NCBI GenBank assembly: GCA_905178155.1
Contig: CAJINV010000006.1
Span: forward strand, 1,613,876 to 1,677,875
DNA: 64,000 nt
Direction: 5' to 3'
Source: Amoebophrya sp. A120
Taxonomy: Eukaryota > Protista > Dinoflagellata
A program made the position numbers and the translations under genes. This document shows positions 39,001 through 51,000 of this stretch, piece by piece. The notes beneath the pieces were generated by a model, which was given only the letters and a program-made list of their open reading frames with translations, ran no database searches and was not told where the DNA came from. Every line of letters begins with the position of its first letter. Position 1 is the first letter of the stretch.

Positions 39001-42000
39001 CTGCAAAAGTATCGTACTCGTATAAATGCATTACAAATTTCCTCAGCATGAGAAGGAAAATTTGTAATGCGGATTTACCTTAAGAAAAAGATTTGTAATG
39101 CATGATTGCAATACGAGTGCGATACTTTTGCACAGGATAGGACGGGACGCTGCCCTATTGCAAGATCGACTGCCAAATGGACGAGTGGGGCCCTGCAACG
39201 GACCCGGCGTGCAGCAACAACGTGACGCATAAAGTTGATTACAAGCGCAACAAAACAGTAGAGACAGACCAGGGCGCGTGTCGGAAGGATGAGTCCTTTG
39301 GGCCCGGGTTTGGCTACTACAAAAACCGAACCCGCAAGGTTTTGCATAGAGAAAAGCACGGTGGTATCCTATGTAAAAACGTCCCCACACCATAGTCAAC
39401 AAGATGGGGACTCGGCTAGACAAATCCATAAGTTGTGGCTGTTCTGCATGACAAATCTGGACTCATGTTGCACTGCTGTTTGAGCTAGCTCAGCAGTATC
39501 ACAGATCTAGCGCATCATGCTGATTGGAGCATGACAAATTCCAAAACATGAGTGGAAAATGATTCACATGGGGCTCCGCATGAGAAACCTTGTCAGCATG
39601 CGGATTTGCATGACAACTCTCGGGTCGTGGGGACGTTTTTGCACAGGTTAGGCGGGAAGGCGTGTCCGACCGGGATCTGCCCGGAAAACAACTATGCAAA
39701 GAAAAAAGTTTTACAGTTACACATTGTGATGCAAAACATGCAAGACTTTCCATGCGTCAAATGCTTACGAGTCTAGTTTCGTGTGTGTTTTGCCTTTATA
39801 AACTCTGCATTACAAGTTTTCTTCGTCATGCGAGGCATATTTGTAATGCTGAACTCACTACAAATGTGTCACTGTAACACTTTTTTCGTGGGATAACAAC
39901 GCCTTGAATTCTACTGCAGAGAACTGCGACGCTTATGCAACCTACCGGGACTTTTCCGACGCTGCGGGGTGCGACGGGATGGAAGTCTGCCCGTTGGATT
40001 GCGTTATGGCGGACGAGGGCTGGGAAGACACGGGGCGGTGTGTCCGGAAAGACAATGGGCAGTCCGACTATCCGCATGACGAGGTCCCCGAGGATATCCT
40101 GTGCAAAAACGACGTCCCCAAACCAGAGTCAAGATGGGAAACTTGCTAGACAAATCAACCAGCTTTGGTTGCTTCGCATGACAGGTGTGTCCTCGTAGTG
40201 TAATGCTGTTTAGGTAGTTCAGCAACATCACAGATGTAGCATATCATGCGGATTCTAGCATCACAAACCTCAAAACACCACTAGAAAATGCTTCTCATGG
40301 GTCTCCGCATGAGAAACATTTTCAGCATGCGGATTTGCATTACAACTCTGGGGTGGGGACGTTTTTACTCAGGATAGAGGACCCCGACGCCCCGGGTGCG
40401 GCCAAGCCCTGCCGAAAGGAAAACACGTGGTACTACCGACTACGGACGCGGTATGGAAGCGTCAGAATTGAAATCGTCAAAGTTGAAATACTTTGTGATG
40501 CATAAAATGCTAGACTCAAAGTGCCTCTCTTGCAGAGCAGGCAACTGAGGCCGATTACAATCCTGTTTGGGGTGTGAGATAGAGCTGCTAAAATAGCATG
40601 ACAAAAGCATTCTTCTCTGCCCAAACAGCATGCCAAATTGGATCTCCATGCTGCCAAAATTTGTCATGCGCCACTTGCAAACTGGGCTCCAGCTGGTATC
40701 GCTTTTTTGCATTACAGATTATTTCAACTTTGACGATTTCGATCCTGACACCCCCATACGCGGAAGAGGCTCGTCGAGCCCAACGCCGCCGGTACCCATA
40801 TGGCGTTCTCAACTGTTACATTCTCAACTGTTACATGATTTGTAATGCGAAACAAACATCAACACTCACAAGGTGAAGCTACTTCGCATTACAAATTTTG
40901 GAAAGGCTAAACAGCGCCTAAATCTGTGCGGAATTTGTAATGCTACTGGTGCAACCTACCTGCTTTCACTTTTGCCATTCTTGCATCACAAATCCATGTA
41001 ACAGTTGGGAATGTAACAGTTGAGAACGCCATAACCCAGTGCCCGACAGATACCTGCGCGACAGAGGACTTCAACCCCGCCGACGGAAATTATGCCGACG
41101 TTTCGGAGGCAGTAAAAGAACTCGACAGAAAGTGTGTAGAGCTGGGCGGCAAATCCTATAAAAACTGGTGGGCCTGCGGGGTGAAGGAGACTGACTGCGT
41201 TATCCTGAGTAAAAACGTACCCACCCCAGAGCTGTGATGCAAATCTGCATGCCAAAAAAGTTTCTCATGTGGAGCCGCATGAGAAGCATTTTCTATGCAC
41301 GTTTTGGAATTTGTGATGCTATAATCAGCATGTTGTGCTAGAGCTGTGATGCTGCTGAACTACCTAAACAGGATTACACTACGAGGGCAAACTTGTCATG
41401 CGACACAACCAAAGCTGGCTGATTTGTCTAGCAGATTTCCGATCTTGACTCTGGTGTGGGTACGTTTTTACTCAGGATATGCGCAACGGCCTACTTGGCA
41501 ACGGGTGACTACGCGCAGGCGGGGACCGGGGGGAGGGGCTCGGTCCGAAACTGCGGCAACCTCCTATCCTGTGCAAAAGTATCGTACTCGTAGTAATTGC
41601 ATTTATGCATTTACAAATCTCTTTCTCAAGGTAAATCAGCATTACAAATTCAATTTGTAATGCTGGCGGAATTTGTAATGCAATTTATACTAGTACGATG
41701 CTTTTGCATTGCATACCTCTATCACGGTTGCAGTATTCTGACGGATCATAATAACGGCATTCCCGTAGTGTTCAAGGGCTGCATATCAAGAAGAAAAATC
41801 CCCCCTCCCCATATCAACACGGAAATCTATGTTGCTGTATTTAAGTACACAAATGACAGCTGTCTTGCAGTAAAGGATTGCACGCAGATCGTAAGCCTAG
41901 GGGGGGGGCCTCTTGGTGTAGGGGACTAGCATGGCAGACGTCTGCCCTATAGGCTTGGCAGCGTTCTTACAAATCGCCTGCATATCGTGGCGGGGTCTCT

Positions 42001-45000
42001 GACTTTGTTGCCCTCTTGCAAGAGAGACAGGACCACTTGTGGCCACAAATCAGCAGCGCAAATTCTTAGAAGCATACCTTTGCAGTATGGGGACGAGGGG
42101 GGATCTTTCCTTTTGATATTGCAACGTAGACAACGATGGCCACCGCCAGGGTAACACTCTGGCATTATGTCAACAGTGGTGTCAGCAAGATGGGAACTGT
42201 GCATGTTGGTCTTTTTGTGGAAAAAACCAGTGTAAGCTAACGACCCCTCTATGCATTGCAAAAGTATCGTACTAGTATAAATCGCATGACAAATTAGCTC
42301 AGCATTACAAATGAAATTTGTAATGCTATTTTGCCTTAGGAAAGAGATTTGTAATGCATAAATGCAATTAGTACGAGTACGATACTTTTGCACAGGATAC
42401 CCTCTGCCCGGCTACAACTGTTGCTGGTTGAAACCTCTCAACGACTATGGAAGCGTCAGGATTGAAATCGTCAAAGTTCTTGAAGTATATAACTTGTAAT
42501 GCATAAAATCGATACCAGTTGGAAGCCCAATTCCCAAGCCGTGCATGACAAATTTTGGTGGTCCTTAAATCCAGTTTGTCATGCTCTTTAGGCAAAGAAG
42601 ACTGATTTTCTCATGCTACTTAACCAGCTCGAGCTCTAACCCCAAACAGGCTTTTTACGATCGGCCTCACTTGCCTGCTCTGCAACACACGTACCTCGCG
42701 TCATGCATTTTCTGCATTACGAAGTATATTTCACCTTGTCGATTTCAAACTTGACACTTCCATAACGACATCATTGAGTTTAATTTTGACAGGTTTCCCG
42801 GTTACACCAGCGGGTGCTGTTACTACGACTCAAGCACCTACTGCTCGAACCAGTGCGTAAACAACGCCGGGCCGTTATCCTGAGTAAAAACGTCCCCACG
42901 CCAGAGTTGTCATGCAGATTTGCAATGACAGGAACATTTGTAATGCGCATCGCCAGGAGAGGCATTTTTAGTCGTGTTTTGGAATTTGTAATGCTGTAAA
43001 CAGGATGAGCAGATGGATTTCTGATGCAGCTGGCCTTGCGAACCTGCACTACACTACGGACTGCAACTTGTGATGCGTGACCCCCAAAAGTTGTAGGCTT
43101 GTGTTGCAAAATCCCCATCTTGACTCTGGTGTGGGGATGTTTTTACTCAGGATAGCCGTGCGAGCGGTATTACATGGCAAAAATTGAAACCTACCCAAAA
43201 ATATGAACTGCAAAAGTATCGTACTCGTATAAATGCATTACAAATTTCCTCATGAGAAAGAAAATTTGTGATGCGGATTTGCTTTCAGAAAAAAACTTGT
43301 AATGCATGATCGCAATACGAGTGCGATACTTTTGCACAGGATAAAAAAACGGCGGCAAACTGTGCGGGGAGGGACGGGACCTGTTTCGCTATCCTGAGTA
43401 AAAACGTACCCACACCAGAGTTGTAATGCAGATTTGCAAAGACAGGAAGACTTGTAATGCGCATCCCCATAAGAGCCATTTCCAATCGTGTTTTGGAATT
43501 TGTGATGCTGTGAACAGGATGAGCAGCTGGATTTGTGATGCGGCTGCACTTGCTAACCTGCACAACACTGCAGAGTGCAACTTGTCATGCGTGACTCACA
43601 AAACTCCTAGGTTTGTGTTGCAAAATCCCCATCCTGACTCTGGTGTGGGTACGTTTTTACTCAGGATATTCGCAAGGAGGTATTCACGGTAAACCCGTGG
43701 CAAGGCCCCGGGACCGCCGTAACCAATAGCAGCTGCCAGGACGAGGTGCAGCGGTGCGAGCAAGACATGACGGCGGACTGGAGCGCCTGCAGCGTGACCT
43801 GCGGGACTGGTGGCAAACAGTACCGAACGCAAAGAATTACCAAGCACCCCTACTTCATCACGTCTGCGGACATGGCCTGCAAGGAGCCCCTGATTGCCGT
43901 ACGGGACTGCGACCCGGCGCCCGCCGCGTGTCCAGCAGGTGGATTCGAGCTGGACTTTTGTCCGACAGACTGCGAGCTGGGAGGCTTCGACACGAACGAC
44001 GATCTCGTGAACTTGGAGGACTGCAAGCGGAAGGACTTGGACCTTCCCCCGCACGTCGACCGCACCACCGGCAAGTACTGCAGGGCGGACGAAACGGAGC
44101 ATTATTACGCGGTGCGCGTCCGGCCGATCACCACGCAGCCGCGCGGGAAGGACCCGACGGCCTGCGGGGAAGACGTGTGCAACAAAAACGCTAAGATATC
44201 CCTATGGCGTTCTCAACTGTTACATTCTCCACTGTTACGTGATTTGTCATGCAAAACTACCTTAAGCCGACAGATAATCAAGCTGCTTCGCATGACAAAT
44301 TTTCGAAGGACTCAACAGAGCCTAAATCTGTGCCAAATCTGTGATGCGAAAGCAGCAAGCTGGCCCCTTTGACTGTTGCCATTCTTGCATCACAAATTCA
44401 TGTAACAGTTGAGAATGTAACAGTTGGGAACGCCATAATCCCTCACGGGGATGGATCCGAACGGGGGGTGCAAAGCGACCGTATCCTGTGCAAAAGTATC
44501 GTACTCGTATAAATGCAAGTCGTGCATTACAAATCTTGTTCCCAAGGCAAATCTGCATTACAAATTTTATTTCTCATGCTGAGGAAATTTGTCATGCATT
44601 TATACGAGTGCGATACTTTTGCAGTCCATAGACCGATCGCTTTTACCACGACTACGGTTCCGGCAAGTGCAGCACCCTGCCGATCTGTCCCGTCAACTGC
44701 GCAACGACGGAGTGGAACACGACGCAGCCTGGCTTTGCGCGCTGCATCAGAGAAGAAGTATCAAATGTAAAAATGTCTGGGTCTGGAAACTTGTGATGCT
44801 GAGTGGCGTAGCATAAGGAGGCCACAAGTGCTGGCTCAGCATGACAAATTTCTGAGCTTGTAGGTGTTGCCTATTCTGCATGACAGACTGCGTCTCCGCA
44901 TGACAGAAAAAAACGTCTCTTGGGCAATGTGCATGACAGATTTAAGAGTCATGCCAGACAAGCATGACATCAATAAACATGCATTCTTCCAGACCCAGAC

Positions 45001-48000
45001 ATTTTTACATTTGATAAGAAGGACCCGAGAACATTTTCGCGGTCGAAGAGATCCACACGAACCGCACGCGGCTCCTCGAGCCACCGCCGTCCGTGCTCGA
45101 GCTGCACCAAGAAGCATCGCAGGACCCGAACTGCCCCCGCACGCCGCACGCACACCACCTCGGGTACGAAAAAGATGGCGTATCCTGAGTAAAAACGTCC
45201 CCACACCAGAGTCAGGATGGGGATTTTGCAACACAAACCTAGGAGTTTTGGGAGTCACGCATGACAAGTTGCACTCCGCAGTGTAGTGCAGGCTAGCAAG
45301 TGCAGCCGCATGACAGATTCATCAGCTCATCCTGTTCACAGCATCACAAATTCCAAAACACGATGGGAAATGGCTATGGCTCTCATGGGGATGCGCATTG
45401 CAAGTCTTCCTGTCTTTGCAAATCTGCATTACAACTCTGGCGTGGGTACGTTTTTCCTCAGGATATGGCGTCGGGGCGCGCTACGCTTACGACGCAAGAA
45501 GCTATCAGGCCTGCCTCCTTTTGTGCGTCGACAACTCCAGGTGTATCCACAGTAAATTTCCTGTAGTACACGTACAAACGCTGTCTCTGCATGACAAAAT
45601 TTGCCTTCAATCCTAGTCTAGCATGACAAGTTGGACACTGCAAGTTAGCGAAATTTGTCATGCATTTTGTACATGTACGGGAAATTTACATTGCATAAGG
45701 TGCAAGGGCTTTACATACCGAGTTGATGTACCCCCACCAGCATCTTCTTCCTCTACGGGAGAGCAGCTGCCCGGCGCAGCAGATGCTTCCTCGTCCTCTG
45801 CCGGACCGGTTACAGAATACCCGATTCCCCGATCGCGGGATGCCACCGAATACTGCGCGAGGCTGGAAAATGTCGACTTTCCCGATAGCGATGAGGATCT
45901 GATAGAAGACGACGGTAAGTTGTTCGGGAATAATCTCGGAGAGTTATCGTAAGGAAAAATCCTAATCCCCTTTCCCCATATTGAAAACGTACCCTCCTGA
46001 AAATTTGTGTTGCAGATTTGTGACCACAAATCCGGTTTGTCATGCAAGAAGGCAAATCCAGGCTGTCTACCGCGTTATGTAGGCGATTTGTAATGCTGTA
46101 AGGCCTACAGGGCAGACGTCTGCCATGCTAGGTGCCTACAGCAAGAGGCCCCTGTCTAGGCTTGCGAACTGCGTGCGTTGCTCTATTGCAGGACAAATTT
46201 GATTTGTGCGCAGAAATTCCGCATCACAGATTTCCGTCTTGATATGGGGAGGGGGGATTTTTCATTTTGATAAGAGTGGAAGAAGACTGGCGGGGATAAC
46301 AAGGACGTGTGGCAGAATGCGATCCGTGGGCACAAAACGTTTCACGAGTGTTGGGCTGCCTGTTTAGACGAAAAAGACTGTATGGCCTTCGTGTATAAGA
46401 TATCAAATGTAAAAATGTCTGGGTCTGGAAGATTCTGACATTTGTCATGCACGTTTTGCATGAGCCATGATGTCTGTGATGCATACCCTAGCAATACAGA
46501 TTTTTTGAGGGCTTCTTGATGCCTATTCCGCATGACAAATGCCTCCTCAGCGTAGCAAAAGTTGCATTCTGTTTGCTACTCATGCAATACAGATTTTTTT
46601 GGAATCCAAATACAGCATCACAAGTTACATTCTTCCAGACCCAGACATTTTTACATTTGATATAAGAAAAAGCTCACCGTCGACTCCGCGGAAGACAACT
46701 GCTTGCTAAAGTCGCGCCTGCGACTCGAGACCGCGACGTACACCAATGACGAATCCGCTTGCTGCGACTCTGTGCTGATGCCCCCCAACTGCAAGGAAAA
46801 GGTGAAAGCGGTGAAAGATGTTGACCAGTCGGATGGAGGTCGTGCCTATCAAATGCAAGAATGTCTGGGTCTGGAAGATTGCGAGATTTGTGATGCATAT
46901 TTCGGATCACGCAAATGGCGTCTGATGCAGGCAAAAGCATGACAGGTTTTGAGCACGCCTCATGATGCCTGTCCCGCATGAGAAACTTCCTACCTGCGTA
47001 CCAAGAAATGGACAGCTTTTGGCGCTCATGCAACACAAATTTCTGTGTGTTGCAGAGTTTGCATGACAAGTTCCAACTCTTCCAGACCCAGACATTTTTG
47101 CATTTGATAGTGCCCCCGCCCAGCCGACGTGTTTTCTTCTCGACGACGCTGACCGTGTATGAAAGTGCACAACTCCCCTCCCCCTCATTTGTCATGCAAA
47201 ACACCAAATCCACGTCCTGCCTTTGGGCATTATCTGCATGCCAAATTTGGGAACCTCAAACAGCACTACGACCTGTATGCAGATTTGTCATGCGGAAGTC
47301 ACATGTCTGCGGTTACTTGTGTTGCTGTTCATGCAATACAAATGAGGGGGAGGGGGAGTTGTGCGCCCTTATACCGTAAATTTGCCGTGGAACAGAATGA
47401 TCCCAGCGCTGATACCTTCGCCGTGGAGATGACCGCCGCCTGTCGGCAGTCAAAACAGACCAAGTGCGATATGACTTGCTCAAGCGTTACAATCTCAAAC
47501 GTTACAATAGAATCTGGAATTTGTGTTGCATGATGGGCATGACAGACTCGCACAGCGTTCCACCTTTTGCAATACAAATTTCCCCTGATTGTAGTGGGGT
47601 TTGGAGCTCCGGAACTTGTCATGCGCAACCCTATGAGAGTTGGCTGGATCATGCTCATCATGCAAGACATCAAATCTCAGATTCTATTGCAACGTTTGAG
47701 ATTGTAACACCTGAGCGGGTTATATCCGAGGGCTGCCGCACCGAGAGCGACCACGTAAACGATTGTTCGCTTACCTGTGCTGGCCGCGGGGGTAGCGGTA
47801 GCAGCAGCTCGGGCGATGATCAAGATTCGGCGAAGGATAGAAACCCCGCCGCGGGCTGGTGCTCGAAGTGCGATTCCCAGGATGGCACGCTGCACGGCGC
47901 CGTATGGATTTGTCAGGATCGAAATCGATAAAGTTGAAAGAATTTATGTATGATGCATGAAACGGATGTAAGTTGGCGCCCAGTTTTCAAGTGGCGCATG

Positions 48001-51000
48001 ACAAATTTGGGCGAAACCAAAACCCAGTTTGTTATGCTGCTTGGGTAAGGAAGACGCCTTTTGTCATGCTACTTTAGCAGCTCTATTTCTGCAACCTCTC
48101 GGCAGGCTTATAACCTGCCTCACTTGCCAACTCTGCAAGCCAGGCATTTTGTGGACACACGCCCCGGTTCCATAGTCACAAAAATGCACAGTAAAAGTTT
48201 GATCTTATCTTAAATGCATTGTAGGTTCAAAAAGGACTTCAAAAAATGACTTGCATAGAGACACACTTAAATTTGTGTGATAGGTCCAATCGGTTTATAA
48301 ATTTCTACATGCAGAGCGACTTTGTAGTTTTTGGCTCCTTCACACAAATTTAGAACGGAAAATCAAAAAATAAAGATATGATCAAACTGAGGGGGAACGC
48401 ATACAGCATAGGAATTGCACTGAGAGGATTTTATGCTTGGACTTTATGAACCGCGCACAGGAATCCGAATTCGCCGCACATTAATGGGCTCGACTTTGCG
48501 TTGGGTTTAGGCCGGTGCTCAAGGCGAGGAGAAGGAATTTCTTCGTGGATTATCTAAACAACAACGACGAGAACAACACCGATGGGTTGATTACGGTTGG
48601 AGTGTAAGTGTTCCGAGTACTTTAAATTACAAGTTTTTCAACTTTGTCAATTTCGATCCTGACGCAACTTCCATACGCGTGCTGTCAGGCGTACAACTAC
48701 GCCGATCCGAGCGAGTGTCGCCACGACTACAATTTTCTGTTGCAGACCCGGCCCTCGCACGCACGGAAATATCACCAGTGTGTTTTGCCACAGGTGCGGC
48801 GCCCGAAGTATTCGGCGGCGGTTCTGTATGGAAGCGTCAGGATTGAAATCGTCAAAGTTGAAATAATTTCTCATGCATAAATTGCAAGGCATGAAGTGCC
48901 TCTCTTGCAGGGACGGCAAGTGAGGCCGACTGTCAGCCTGTTTGGGGTCTGCGGTAGAGCTGCTGAAGTAGCGTGACAAAAGACGCCTTCTGTCCCAAAA
49001 CAGCATGACAAACTGGATTTAGACGTGGCCGAAATTTGTCATGCGCCGCTTGAAAATTGGACTCCCAACTGGTATCGATTTTATGCATTACAAGTTATTT
49101 CAACTTTGTCGATTTCAAACCTGACACTCCCATATTCTGGACTCCTCGTCCACCCTGCGTGCTGTTCCGACGCCAGAGAATATCGCAAGAAAAAACTGTT
49201 TCACTGGGAACTTGTGATGCAGAAAACGAAACACCAAAGTGTTTGTCTTGCTACACCTGCATAGAGCATTGGAGTTTCTTCACGCGTGTTTTACCCTATA
49301 GGAAATGCACGCATGGCAGATTTTCAGTGTTATGTGTAAACAAACTTGTAATGCAGATCTTGCAAAATCACCACAGTGAAGCGGCTTTTTCGTGGGATAG
49401 AGAAGTACTGCGGTCCGCCAAACACCTTTTTCCAGAAGATTTTCCTATCCTGTGTAAAAACGTCCCCTCCAGCCCAGAGTTGTCATGCAGATTTGCCATG
49501 ACAGGAGCATTTGTGATGCGCAACCCCATGACAGGCGTTTTCAATAGTGTTTGGGAATTTGTAATGCTGTAAACAGGAAGATAAGCAGATCGATTTGTAA
49601 TGCGGCTTTCCTTGCTATCTTTCACTACCTTAACCTTACGGACTGCAACTTGTCATGCGTCACCTCCAAAACTCCTAGGTTTCTGTTGCAAAATCCCCAT
49701 CTTGACTCTGGGGTAGGGACGTTTTTACTTCGGATATTTCCGCGAGGTGATCCATCCGGCCAAGGGGGAAGGCGCGCTGTCTTGCCCACCCGACGTACGA
49801 ACTGCAAAAGCATCGCACTTCTAGTAGTAATTGCCTAATACAAATTACCTCAGCATGACAAATGGAATTTGTGATGCTGTTTTAGCTTGGGATGGTGGAG
49901 ATTTGTAATGCATAACTGCAACTACTACGAGTGCGATACTTTTGCACAGGATACGCCGAGTTAGAGAGCAACACCGCGCCCCTTGGGCCTGGCACCGGAT
50001 CGACTTACCACCTGTATCGTAATTGGACAGCCTGTATGAAGTGCAAAACAAGCATCGTACCTGTATAAATTGCAATACAAATTGGCTCAGCATTACAAAT
50101 TGAATTTGTAACGCGGATTTGCCTTGAAACAAAGATTTGTAAATGCATAAAAGCAATTAATAGTACGAGTGCGATACAACTTTTGCACAGGACAGCCTGC
50201 GCTGCCGTGCCGGAGTGCCCGGTGGACTGTATCAAATGTCAAAATGTCTGGGTCCTCTGGAAGATTGCCAGGTTTGTCATGCACGTGGTGCATGACGTGT
50301 GAGGTCTGTGATGCGTGCCCTAGCATCACAGATTTTGTGAGATCTTTACCATGCCTTTTCCGCATGAGAAAATGCCTCTCGGCCTTCTCAAAAGTGAACA
50401 GCTTTATTGGTAATCATGCTGCGTGATTCCCTGGGTCTTACAGTTGCATGATGCAACACAGATTTTTGTATGATTCAGATTTAGCATGACAAGTTGTACT
50501 CTTCCAGACCCAGACACTTTTGCAATGCATAGACTGTAAGACTTCGGCGTGGAGGACGGATGAAACTGCGGACGACTGCTTTTATGGATTGTAAAAATGT
50601 CTGGGTCTGGAAACTTGTGATGCATGTCAGTGAACGGAAAGCGCCTTGTAATGCACCGCCAAGCATGACAGATTTTCTCGTGGCTCTCTGTTGCGTATTC
50701 CGCATGAGAAACATCGTTTTTGCATGACAGACAAGAGGAGGTCTTCGTGGCCACGCAATACAGAGTTCAGAGTCATGCCAAACTAGCATGAGAAATCTCG
50801 AAATCTTCCAGACCCAGACATTTTTGCAATCCATAGTTTTAACAACAAAACCAATTTGCCCGACAACTCTCTCGTGGACGGTACCTACCCTGTGTAAAAA
50901 CTTTTCCAACTATATGCAAGAAAAAAACTATGTGAGTGTAAATCTGTGATGCAGAAAGTGCAAAACTGTTACACTTGTCATGCTGGATCTGCGTCATACG

